The notes: a model not told the origin generated them from the sequence alone. Shown: positions 38,690 to 50,547, counted from the first letter of the whole stretch. The stretch is 63,890 nt of DNA, filler included, from Octopus bimaculoides (GCF_001194135.2; 10 parts of 10 records of this genome joined end to end with filler, not necessarily neighbours in it); one strand, 5' to 3'. Translations and numbers: made by a program.

Positions 38690-38866
38690 TGTAGCAAAAA
38701 TCCTTTCTACTAAAGGGAAATGCCAGTAATTTTAGTGGAGGAGTAAGAAGAATTAGACCGATGCAAGGTGAAGTTGGCTTCAACGGAATTTGAACTCAGA
38801 ACGTAAAGACGGACACAATGCCGCTCAGCATTTCGCTAAGAGTGCTAACGATTCTGCCAGCTGCCA
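38690..38866 (-). mobile_element. SINE, second family
   Basis: GGAATTTGAACTCAGAACGTAAAGACGGAC...GCTAACGATTCTGCCAGCT. Confidence 0.75.
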
Positions 38867-38876
38867 TTTCAACAAC

Positions 38877-39309
38877 ATGAGAACTGTCCTCAACATTCAA
38901 ATGGGTGCAGAGAGGGACAGGATCATTAAGAAAATCAGATATAACCCAAATGCGTTCTGCTCTTTGGTGGTTACACTCATCGATACACTGACAGATGGTA
39001 ACAGAACCCTTTATAATGATACCAAAGAAATGGTGAAGGTTCTGCAGAAATACTCTTCTGTTTTGGGAATGTACTTCGACAACTATATTGTCTTCTTTCA
39101 GACAATATATTATGGCGGAGACCTAGAAATATATGTTGACGTCAAACTCGCTTCACGTATCCGCATCAACAACATGGTTGATACGGAAAGCAAGATGATC
39201 TCTCGGATCCCCAGAACTACGCGTTTACAAAGCGTGATACTTAATGAAACGGCCATGTCTTCACACGCAGACACAGATACTGACACAGACACACATACAC
39301 CCAATCACA

Positions 39310-39355
<46 letters not shown>

Positions 39356-39368
39356 CATGTATATATAG
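38877..39368 (+). CDS. Unidentified ORF (~130 non-repetitive codons running into a CA microsatellite)
   Basis: CAAC-ATG start; MRTVLNIQMGAERDRIIKKIRYNPNAFCSLVVTLIDTLTDG...; protein-like composition; no recognised family. Confidence 0.3.
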
Positions 39369-39509
39369 CATATACATATGTATGTGTGTGTGTCTGTGTG
39401 TGTGTATGTGAGTGCGAACGTGTGTGTGCCTCTGTGTGCGTGTGTGTGGGGATGTGTAGGTGTACGTATGCATGTACTTATATATGTATGTCTTCGGGTT
39501 TATGTTTGT

Positions 39510-39700
39510 CCTCTACTTCTGCTTGATAACTGGTGTTGGGTTGTTTACGTCGGCGTAATAAGCGGTTCGGCAAAAAGAGACTGGGGAAATTAATGTCCAG
39601 GTTTGAAAAGTGAAGTACTGGGACCATTCGTTCGACAAAACTCTTCAAGGTGGTGCTCCAGCATGACCACAGTCCAGTAACTGAAACAGTTAAAAGGCCC
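39510..39700 (+). mobile_element. Major-family SINE 3' portion
   Basis: GCGGTTCGGCAAAAAGAGAC...GGTGGTGCTCCAGCATGACCACAGTC...ACTGAAAC. Confidence 0.75.
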
Positions 39701-39808
39701 GTGTGTGTNNNNNNNNNNNNNNNNNNNNNNNNNNNNNNNNNNNNNNNNNNNNTTAATTAATTAANNNNNNNNNNNNNNNNNNNNNNNNNNNNNNNNNNNN
39801 NNNNNNNN

Positions 39809-39874
<66 letters not shown>

Positions 39875-42599
39875 CAGATACACATACAGATACACACACA
39901 ATCTATGTATATACGTGTATAGACACACATATACACATAGTCATACACATACACACAAATACAAATATGCACACAACACACACACACTCACATACACACA
40001 CATACACATACATAGATACACAGACACACAGATATACACATATAGACTCATACATGTATATTATATCACCAATAACAGAACAGTTCCATATATATATATA
40101 TATTCTACAGAGGGTGGCGCATAAAAACGTAGCCCAAGTTCTGTAGCATAGTGTTAATACAGAAATATATTTACGCACACATGAAATAACGCCCAGCCTT
40201 TCGTTTCCAGGTGTCATTGTGTTATTTCGACCAGAAAAGTAGTCCAGACTCCGTAGCATAATATAAATACAGAAATGAATTTGCACACACGAAAAAGCAA
40301 CCAATATTTTATTTGTAAATGTCATTGCTTATCCTTTTTTGGATCTAAGAATTCCACAGCACAGTTGAATTCCAGATCAAAAATTTTCAGCAAATGCACA
40401 CATATGGACAAATTTCTTTTGGAGACTTGCAGAACACCACCCTCCCTGGATTGCACAGCTGCATCGCGGACTTTAGACCCTTTCCGTTGATTCTACACCA
40501 TCTAGACATACGACTCTACGGCCCAAGGGGGCATAACGACAATTCTTTATTCTCTATTCCTTTCTTTTTCTGTTTTTTGTTTCTACCGTTCCCCTTTTTG
40601 AGCCTACCTTCATCTCGTATTTTCTCGTGATTTCCCTTATTCTATTGTCCTGATTTGTAACTTGTATAGGCCATGTACTTAGAGCTTGAAAATTGCTTGG
40701 ACACACTAGGCGTTTTTTAAAACCTGCCTAGATAATATCTTCAATGTATGAAACGATTTGTAGTTCATAACTATAATACGTGTACATTAAACAATATCTA
40801 TATCCCACCAGATGGAGTTGAATTATANNNNNNNNNNNNNNNNNNNNNNNNNNNNNNNNNNNNNNNNNNNNNNNNNNNNNNNNNNNNNNNNNNNNNNNNN
40901 NNNNNNNNNNNNNNNNNNNNNNNNNNNNNNNNNNNNNNNNNNNNNNNNNNNNNNNNNNNNNNNNNNNNNNNNNNNNNNNNNNNNNNNNNNNNNNNNNNNN
41001 NNNNNNNNNNNNNNNNNNNNNNNNNNNNNNNNNNNNNNNNNNNNNNNNNNNNNNNNNNNNNNNNNNNNNNNNNTATATATATATATATATATATGTTACA
41101 CACAATGAGATAACAAAGCTAAGGCTGTGAGTAGTTTTCAGGGCATTTATAAGGAAAAAGATATAGATGTAGTCTTACAGCTGTTTCTGGAAGGTAGCGT
41201 ATAGAAGTGGTAAAAAAGTTTCCTGTACATGGTAAGTTCCATTAGTAGTTTACGTTCAGTCATTTCAAAGTATGGAGCCATGGATTCTGCGTTGCTTATT
41301 CGAAAGGGTACTGTAGTGTGAATGAAAATTTGAGAATGTATTAGTAGTATTTGTGGATAGATGGGGGTGGGGGAGATGTATATGATTAGAAAGAAGAGAC
41401 AGGTCAAAATGAAAGTAGGAAGAGAAAATGAGAGGAAGAAAGAGAGAAAAAAGAGAATGACAAAAAGTGAAAAGAGTTTTAAAAAAGTGAATAATGGGTG
41501 AAAGAAGTGAGAAAAGTAGTGTTAGTTGGTGGTCAAGATAATGTGAGGGGAGGATGGGAGAAGGGTGAGAGAGGGATAGGAAGAGATGAGAAGGTAAGGA
41601 GTGAATAAGTGTGAGATATGTGAGAAGGGGTGATATGATAGAGCTGCATTAAGGGATGGGTAGAGAACAAGTATGTGTGGGGTGCTACCAAAGTGAGTAG
41701 TAGCTTTAGTAGTAAAATTTAAAGTGGAGGGAAGAATACAAGTATGTCAGATTTCTATAAATAAACGTATGTGATTGTATAGGTTACTGTGATAGCTAGG
41801 AATCAGAGAGGAGGAAAGAAGGTATAATGACATATGTACGTGCGCACACACGTACATATACATGTGCGCATATTCATGCATACATATACACATACATATA
41901 TAGATATACATACGCATATACATTATTCCTCGAATAATGGAACTGCAACTACAATATCTTTATATATTTTATATTTTTATTTCTNNNNNNNNNNNNNNNN
42001 NNNNNNNNNNNNNNNNNNNNNNNNNNNNTTAATTAATTAANNNNNNNNNNNNNNNNNNNNNNNNNNNNNNNNNNNNNNNNNNNNTATATATCACAAAATT
42101 AGGGCACAAGAGCAACAACAGACATCAAATTCTTTTACATCAAAAATGTTAGTCTCCTCATCATCACCTGACGTTTCAGAGAAACTATAAATGTGAATAG
42201 TAAGCACTAAACTCGTAGGTTGTGTTTAATATAAAGCTCGAGCCTGTCTGCCTGCTTGTCTGTCTGTCTTTCTTACCTGCTTGCCTGCTCTCTGTATGTA
42301 TGTATGTATGTATATCATTGTTCGCTTTTATTTGAAGACTTCTTGTAAATAGAGAAAGAGCCGGTTTCTTACCTCGATCCGAGGCACGTTCATTGGAATT
42401 CCAACATGAGCACCCGGGTATCTTGGTATGCATGTGTATGCATGTGTGTGTGTGTGTGTGGGGGGGAGTATTTGAAGTTATTGCATGTGAAGATGTGTAT
42501 GTTTTGTTTTATGCATGTGTTCTCATGCATACAGTTGTATATCTAGACATGCTCATATATATTTAAATGATAAACTTCTGGAAAGTTTTACAAATTCCA

Positions 42600-43065
42600 C
42601 GCGTTTCATTGATAGTTTGAATATGTATGCATGTATGTATGTAAGTTTTTTTGCTTGGCGCTCGCGGGCGAACTTTTCGTAAGGTGCCAAGTAATCTCTC
42701 TGCTTTGACTCGCTCCTGTCCTAACTTGAGGCGTGCATTCCTCTTCATACTAGGTATTTTGACAATTTTTGTTGCTGTTTCTGTAGCAATAGTTTTCCAC
42801 ATAACATAGTGACAGGTTTCTAGCCTCCTCCTTTTGCATCCTGTAAGAGATTGCCGTGGAAAGAAGGGCTAGGCTCTCGGGTAATGTTTTCCGATTGCCA
42901 AAAGAACAAATATAAAAGACAGATATACAGTGGGTAGCATTACATTGAGGGATGAATGAAAAGACAGACTCAAGAAGATATGGTACGCTATCTTCAATGA
43001 AGATTTGAAGCAACTTAGCATCAATGCAGGCAACTATGCTCATAACCTGAACTTGTAGTCGTTCA
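42600..43065 (+). pseudogene. Decayed RTE-clade LINE ORF C-terminus
   Basis: VERRARLSGNVFRLPKE and KDRLKKIWYAIFNEDLKQL resemble the RTE motifs RRRLRWxGHVxRM and GRPKKTWxDxIxEDLKxL; stops and frameshifts present. Confidence 0.45.
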
Positions 43066-43124
43066 GGTTGAGGATGGTTCTACCTCACAAGACATTGGTC
43101 TGCCTTTATATGATATATGAAAGA

Positions 43125-43320
43125 ACTCTTTCCACCGGGCGAAATGCTTAGTGGTATTTCATCTGTCTTTACGTTCTGAGTTCAAATGATCGCTGGGGTC
43201 GACTTAGCTTTTTATCCTTTCGAGGTCGATAAATTAAGTACCAGTTGCATTCTGGGGTCGATCTAATCGACTGCTCTCCCTCCCACCAAATTTCAAGCCT
43301 TGTGCCTATAGTATAAAGGG
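43125..43320 (+). mobile_element. SINE, second family
   Basis: GGGCGAAATGCTTAGTGGTATTTC...GTTCTGAGTTCAAAT...GAGGTCGATAAATTAAGTACCAGTT. Confidence 0.8.
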
Positions 43321-43865
43321 TCATATGTACCATCCTTTAAACAAAAGGCTGTGACAGAGCGGTAAGAGTTCCTTTCTCGCAGAAGGCATATCCCATCTCA
43401 CATTTTATAAGATTGTCAAGATTTTTGTCCGCTAGGACTTTTCCTGATTTTTTTAAAGAAAGAAACCTACTATTTGTTATCAGTTTCAGCTTGGCGTGCT
43501 AACGGTTCTGCCGGCTCACCGCCTTAGATGGTACATATGCCATTTGCCCTCCGTCACACAATGAAATATATTTCATTCAAATTATTTGCCAGACTCGTTT
43601 TCTCTTATTCATGTTTTGAGAGGATTAGCTATCATGTTTCCTGATTAGCAAGACAAAGATAAGTTACTTTTATTCTTATCCCTATCACGGATCTCTGTAA
43701 TTGGATTATGCAAGGCTGGCCCCAGTTCGCAGCAACAATTTCTACCTAGATTCGAGACTTTTGGAAAAATATTTCACACCGAGAGTTTCCCCTGTTTGAA
43801 AAATAATCTAGCATAAAACAATTTATTATTAGTCATCTTTACACTCGAAGCAGTATGTGCATCTA

Positions 43866-43903
43866 TGTTGTTGTTGTTGTTGTTGCTGTTGTTGTTGTTG
43901 TTT

Positions 43904-43937
<34 letters not shown>
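43866..43937. repeat. (GTT)n microsatellite
   Basis: Direct reading. Confidence 0.95.
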
Positions 43938-44561
43938 CAAGAACCTTACTCGACGTGCTTAAAATGTCTGTTTTTATTTTCGTTTGTATTTACTGCTAAC
44001 ATTTTCTGTTACAATTGAAATAGTATTATACACACAAATATATGTATATATATATATGTGTTTATATATATATATGTAAATATGTATATATATGTATACA
44101 TACATATGATGTATATATATATATGTGTGTGTGTATATATATGCACTCAACATAAATACATACATACATACATGCATACATACAAACAAACAAACAAACA
44201 AATACACATACATACCAGTAGTGTTTACTGCATGAATGCAAGTCATTCAACGAATACTTAAGATATATAATACATACATGACTGAAAATAACAAATCTAA
44301 TTTTAATGTAAACCTTATATTTTTATGAGAGACAGCTGGAAGGAGGCTACGTGCATCCCGGGTTGCACGTACCCTCTTTCAACTTTATGGCTTGAATTTT
44401 TCAAATTACATTTACTGGTCTTTATCGTTAGCATACATACATACATACATACATACATGCATGCATGCGAACATCTGGAAATGCATACATACATCTATTA
44501 ACATATATATTCTTTCATACATATATGTACATACGCATATGTACATACATATATACATATA

Positions 44562-44740
44562 GGCGCAGGAGTGGCTGTGTGGTAAGTAGCCTGCTTACCA
44601 ACCACATGGTTCAGGGTTCAGTCCCACTGCGTGGCACTTTGGCCAAGTGTCTTCTACCGTAGCCTCGGGCCGACTAAAACCTTGTGAGTAGATTTGGTCG
44701 ACGGAAGCTGAAAGAAGCCCGTCGTATATCTGTATATATA
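44562..44740 (+). mobile_element. Major-family SINE 5' half with intact Pol III boxes
   Basis: GGCGCAGGAG-TGGCTGTGTGGT (A box) ... GGTTCAGTCCC (B box, 44615-44625), running into (TA)n and a gap. Confidence 0.85.
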
Positions 44741-44945
44741 TATATATATATATATATNNNNNNNNNNNNNNNNNNNNNNNNNNNNNNNNNNNNNNNNNNN
44801 NTTAATTAATTAANNNNNNNNNNNNNNNNNNNNNNNNNNNNNNNNNNNNNNNNNNNNTATATATATACATCCTTTAAATATACGTGTGTCTGTGTGTGTG
44901 CGTGTGTATTTTATATATATATTTATACATATACACATACAGCTT

Positions 44946-44981
<36 letters not shown>

Positions 44982-45234
44982 GATGGTATGAGTTGTATGT
45001 AAAAATTAGTACTATTTTTAAGAGTAAATACATCAGCTATATAAGGATATATTGGGCTATGTAATCTGTACGTAGTGCCTTTGTGCTAGCATGTGTGTGA
45101 GTGTGTGCATCTGCATGTGTGTGCATTTGCATGTGTGTGTGCATGCGTTTCTGAGCAGGTGTGTGTGGTTATGTATTCTTTATGATTGAGGGGAGGTCTA
45201 CATTTATCGAAGTAAATTTAACGTATACACGAAG

Positions 45235-45640
45235 GCTGCGAGCTAGCAGAAACATTAGCACGTCGGCAATAATGGTTAGCAGTATTTCCTCTGCCGTTAC
45301 GTTCTGAGTTCAAATTCACCGATATCGACTTTGCTTTCATTCTTTCGGGGTCGATCAATTAAGTACCGGTTACACACTGGGGTTGATGTAATCCCTTGTT
45401 TGTCCCCTCTATGTTTAGCCCCTTGTCAGCAATAAAGAAATAAGAAACGTTAGCACGTCGGGCGAAATGCTTAGCGGTATTTCGTCTGTCTTTATGCTCT
45501 GAGTTCAAATTCCGCCAAGGAGGACTTGCCTTTCATCCTTTCGGTGCCGATAAATTTAGTACCAGTTTCGTAGTATGGTCGATTTAATAGAGTGACCCAT
45601 TTCCCAAACGTTTCGGACCTTGTGCCCAGAGTACAAATGG
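45235..45640 (+). mobile_element. Two tandem copies of the second-family SINE
   Basis: GTTCTGAGTTCAAATT...TTTCATTCTTTCGGGGTCGAT motif twice (~45300 and ~45500). Confidence 0.75.
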
Positions 45641-46436
45641 ATATTTAACGTGTATACACCAATATGAATATAAAACCATGACCTTAGCCTTGTGTGTGTA
45701 TGTATGTATGTATGTATCCAACCCTCTTTCTATATGTCTATGTAGCTTCCTTCTGTCTATCTATTTATTTATATACATATNNNNNNNNNNNNNNNNNNNN
45801 NNNNNNNNNNNNNNNNNNNNNNNNNNNNNNNNNNNNNNNNNNNNNNNNNNNNNNNNNNNNNNNNNNNNNNNNNNNNNNNNNNNNNNNNNNNNNNNNNNNN
45901 NNNNNNNNNNNNNNNNNNNNNNNNNNNNNNNNNNNNNNNNNNNNNNNNNNNNNNNNNNNNNNNNNNNNNNNNNNNNNNNNNNNNNNNNNNNNNNNNNNNN
46001 NNNNNNNNNNNNNNNNNNNNNNNNNNNNNNNNNNNNNNNNNNNNNNNNNNNNNNNNNNNNNNNNNNNNNNNNNNNNNNNNNNNNNNNNNNNNNNNNNNNN
46101 NNNNNNNNNNNNNNNNNNNNNNNNNNNNNNNNNNNNNNNNNNNNNNNNNNNNNNNNNNNNNNNNNNNNNNNNNNNNNNNNNNNNNNNNNNNNNNNNNNNN
46201 NNNNNNNNNNNNNNNNNNNNNNNNNNNNNNNNNNNNNNNNNNNNNNNNNNNNNNNNNNNNNNNNNNNNNNNNNNNNNNNNNNNNNNNNNNNNNNNNNNNN
46301 NNNNNNNNNNNNNNNNNNNNNNNNNNNNNNNNNNNNNNNNNNNNNNNNNNNNNNNNNNNNNNNNNNNNNNNNNNNNNNNNNNNNNNNNNNNNNNNNNNNN
46401 NNNNNNNNNNNNNNNNNNNNNNNNNNNNNNNNNNNN

Positions 46437-46468
<32 letters not shown>

Positions 46469-46657
46469 CACAACCCCACTATTTACTGACTTATATATAT
46501 ATATATATGTGTGTGTGTGTGCATATATATATATATGCACACACATGCATATGTATATATATTAACTAAATTCAAATTCAATAGCGTATTTAGATACCAC
46601 TTGCTATTATTAATATCTGTAATAATACTTATTTCATTTAAATATATATATATATGC

Positions 46658-46700
<43 letters not shown>

Positions 46701-46753
46701 CGTGTGTGCGCGTGTGCGCGTGTGTGTCTGTGTGTCTGTGTGCATATATATTT

Positions 46754-47086
46754 GCGTAGAAGTGGCTGTGTGGTAAGAGGCTTCTTTCTCCACCACATAG
46801 TTACGGGTTCAGTCCCAGTGCGTGGCACCTTGGGGTTTAATCTTCCACTACATTCTCGACCGACCAAAGCCTTGTGTGTGGATTTGGTAGGCGGAAACTC
46901 GTGTCTATGTTTGTCCTATCACCATCGGTTGACAACTGATGTTGGTGTGTTTACCTACCCCTAACTTAGCGGTCCAGCAAAATAAGTACTAGGCTTATAA
47001 AGAATAAGTCCTGGCGTCGACTTGTTCGAGTGAAGATGGTGCTCAATCATGGTCAATGCCAAATGGCTGAAACATATAAAAGAATA
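46754..47086 (+). mobile_element. Major-family SINE, near full length, no internal microsatellite
   Basis: AGTGGCTGTGTGGTAAG...GGGTTCAGTCCCAGTGCGTGGCACC...AAGAATAAGTCC...GGCTGAAAC. Confidence 0.85.
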
Positions 47087-47865
47087 ACAATACACACACG
47101 CGATCGAGCGCGCACACACAGAAAGACAAACATATACGGGATTTGAACCTAACAAACTTGTTACAAATGTTTCTATTCCACATTTACATTAATAGCAGAC
47201 TAGTATAAACCAAACACAAAAGTATGTAGTCGTGAAGATCAAGTTTTTAGCATTTCTTTAGTTTGTATAAGAAAATATTCATAATTTTGTTTCAAAGTGT
47301 TTTGCTTGTTTGAACTCAAATTCACTAAGCATATGTGTCTGATGAATTTCTGTATATTAATACTGCATATGTACGTGTAAATATATTAAAATATGCACAC
47401 ATACACTCACATGCACATAAATATGTATGTATATATCTGCATATANNNNNNNNNNNNNNNNNNNNNNNNNNNNNNNNNNNNNNNNNNNNNNNNNNNNNNN
47501 NNNNNNNNNNNNNNNNNNNNNNNNNNNNNNNNNNNNNNNNNNNNNCATACATACATACATGCATACATACATACATATATACATACACACACATATATAC
47601 ACACACACACACGCACACACATATATATATATATACATACTCATATACATATACATATACTCGAGCTTTGTTAGGAGCCTGCGACAATTGAATTTGGTCG
47701 GAAACCGAGTCAAGCAGTTATTTATACAGATATATTGTTTATTGATATTTAGCTGAAGCAACGGAATGAATTCAAGGGCCAAGAGTTTCGTGTATTGGTA
47801 CATATCAAATCTGCGAAAGCAAAAAATCTCTCGGACTGAGTCACTCAGTTTGCCTCTGCTAAATA

Positions 47866-47891
47866 TCTATATATATAAAAATGAGAATGTG

Positions 47892-47922
<31 letters not shown>

Positions 47923-48200
47923 GTGAATCCCTAAAACTCGAGAACTACGCAACCAATTTCATTCAAATTTTACAGATGCCTTACTTAGGGTTCCAGTTGT
48001 GTTTTAGTCAAAAAAAAAATATTAACTTCTTGCGGAGTTCGAGCCCACGGCAACATAATATCGCCTCCACTATTTAAGTATTACGTGTCAAAAGTGAAAC
48101 AAAAACACTCATGTCAAATACTTTCACTTTAAAAATGAAACTATTCTACTAACTGAAACAATCACATTTCGATACTGTAATGACAGATATTTTCAGAGAG
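47866..48200 (+). mobile_element. Helitron-like non-autonomous element, 5' end
   Basis: A|TCTATATATATAAAAATGAGAATGT, then (GTCT)n and CTAAAACTCGAGAACTACGCAACCAATTTCATTCAAATTTT: the TC start, A|T site and GTCT tract typical of invertebrate Helitron 5' ends. 3' end lost in a gap. Confidence 0.6.
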
Positions 48201-48310
48201 AGAGAGAGNNNNNNNNNNNNNNNNNNNNNNNNNNNNNNNNNNNNNNNNNNNNTTAATTAATTAANNNNNNNNNNNNNNNNNNNNNNNNNNNNNNNNNNNN
48301 NNNNNNNNCG

Positions 48311-49732
48311 CAAGACTGTAATACATGTAAATGTGAAACGAACGGTAGAGTAAGTTGTACAAATAAACCTTGTAACTGTATGTACAATGGAAACACCTAC
48401 AAAATAGGTACTACATTTAAAAAGGATTGTAATACGTGCACATGTAAAGCCGATGGCACTGTAGATTGTACAACAAATCAATGTACCTGTACTTATAAAA
48501 ATGAGGTTTATAATTTCGGAGCAGTGTTCAATGATGATTGTAATACTTGCAGATGTCAATACAACGGACAAGTTGATTGTACAAACAGACCCTGCCGGTG
48601 TACGCATAAAGGACAAACTTATCGAATTGGTGATAGATTTTCGGAAGATTGTAACCAATGCCAATGCTTATCGACTGGATATGTTCGATGTTCTACCAAC
48701 ATTTGCAGATGCACTTACAACAACCAGATTTATAACGTAGGTCAATCATTTACGCAAGACTGTAATACATGTAAATGTGAAACGAACGGTAGAGTAAGTT
48801 GTACAAATAAACCTTGTAACTGTATGTACAATGGAAACACCTACAACATAGGTACTATGTTTAAAAAGGATTGTAATACGTGCACATGTAAAGCCGATGG
48901 CACTGTAGATTGCACAACAAATCAATGTACCTGTACTTATAAAAATAGGGTTTATAATTTCGGAGCAGAATTCAATGATGATTGTAATACTTGCAAATGT
49001 CAATACAACGGACAAGTTGATTGTACAAGGAAGCCATGTAAATGCACATATAAAGGACAAATTTATCACATTGGCAATAAATTTCATGAAGATTGTAACC
49101 AGTGTGAATGTTTATCGAGCGGTGAAGTGCAGTGTTCTAAGAATCTATGTAAATGTGTTTACAATGGAAATACCTACCAAATTGGTACAACATTTAAAAA
49201 GGACTGTAATACGTGCACATGCAAAGCTGATGGTAGCGTAGACTGTACAACAAATCCATGTACTTGCACTTACAAAAATAGAGTTTACAATTTCGGAAAT
49301 CAATTCAAAGATGGCTGCAATACTTGTACTTGTCAATACAATGGTGAGGTTAGCTGCACTAAAATACATTGTTCCTGTAATTACAACGGTAAACGTTATG
49401 AAATTGGTTCTGTATGGTATAATGATTGCAACAAATGTCAGTGCACCTCCGATGGGAGAGTGGATTGTGAGCAAAAAGTATGCAGTAAGCCCTGTGTATA
49501 CAAAGGAAAAACTTATTCTGTTGGTGAAACATTTAAAGATGTCTGCAATACTTGTCGATGTGGACAATTTGGTGAAGTAGCTTGTACTAAAATGTATTGC
49601 CCCCCGACAACATGCCAGTATTATGGAAAATCTTACAAAGAGGGAGAAATGTTCATGACTCAAGATAAATGCAATGTTTGTCGATGTTCAAATGGGAAGG
49701 CTAAATGTACCAAGTATGATTGCTATCGTATG
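48311..49732 (+). CDS. Large exon of a cysteine-rich protein with 12 full and 1 partial 37-40-aa six-Cys VWC-N/pacifastin-like modules
   Basis: Open from the gap edge (QDCNTCKC...) to the donor GTGAGT at 49733 (phase 0 after ...CYRM); 474 codons, 77 Cys; module pattern C-x16-CNxCxC-x3-G-x3-CT-x3-C. The 5' exons and signal peptide are not visible. Confidence 0.9.
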
Positions 49733-50463
49733 GTGAGTAAAGTATTTTATTAAAGTTTTGTTAGTGTTTTACTATCCCTAACGTAACAAATTTAATTCAT
49801 CCTTTACACTTTGTAACCTCTATTTTATTTCTCATATTAAACAGAAAATAATCATCCAGCAATTAGATGATATTTAGCATAAAAACTAGAATGTTATCAA
49901 ACTACTGAATTCATGTAACGACCAAATGGTACCAGAGATCACTTTTCAATTATCAATCGGTCTTGTTCATTTTAATGTTTTAGAAATGTCTCGAAGAAAG
50001 CCATTGTTGTCTTCTAAGTTTATTTATTTATTATATATGCATACATTCAATAATATATATGAAAGTAAATGGTTAACTTTCAATTTTCAATTTAATGTTA
50101 TTGACACTAATGTCAAATCGCTACGTCAAATTGGCACGACATTGCTGTTAATGTTAGAAATATTCATGTTTATTTAAGAAATATTATTTTCAACTGTTTA
50201 AATAGTGAAACGTACTCTTTGGAGATATATTTGTGAATTATTCTATATACAAAATATTTCAGGATATAGCTTATGAGAATGTGAACTGGGCTTTAAAATC
50301 TGAGGCTCTGATGAATTTTTAATACTCTATGTGATATTTAATCTAATGCACAATTGTTGAAATTTAAATTTTGTATTTTACTTAGTGATACTAAATTTGA
50401 AATACAATATGTATATCCAGTCCGATAAATATATTAATTTCTTGCAAATTTATTTTATTGCAG

Positions 50464-50481
50464 AAACAACAGTACGGATGA
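50464..50481 (+). CDS. Predicted terminal coding exon (KQQYG-stop) of the six-Cys module gene
   Basis: Acceptor TTTATTTTATTGCAG (AG at 50462-63); phase 0 gives AAA CAA CAG TAC GGA TGA; AATAAA 61 nt after the stop. Confidence 0.65.
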   Translation, partial: KQQYG

Positions 50482-50541
50482 AGAACTGTTAATTTATTTT
50501 GATAATTCCAATAATTTTGATACTACAAATATAATTTTTTA

Positions 50542-50547
50542 AATAAA
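50542..50547 (+). terminator. Polyadenylation signal AATAAA
   Basis: Follows the stop at 50479-81; a T/GT-rich downstream element (TTTTGTTGTTT) lies ~20 nt later. Confidence 0.6.

Noticed and set aside
44562-44640. tRNA gene
   Set aside because: A and B boxes are present but the sequence continues into the SINE body and no full cloverleaf can be drawn; no true tRNA or rRNA gene was identified in the window.
48257-49663. Overlapping antisense and alternate-frame ORFs (48257..48664, 48501..48740, 48746..49087, 48975..49241, 49145..49663, 49311..49580)
   Set aside because: Shadows of the repetitive Cys/Thr/Asn-rich coding frame; no independent features.
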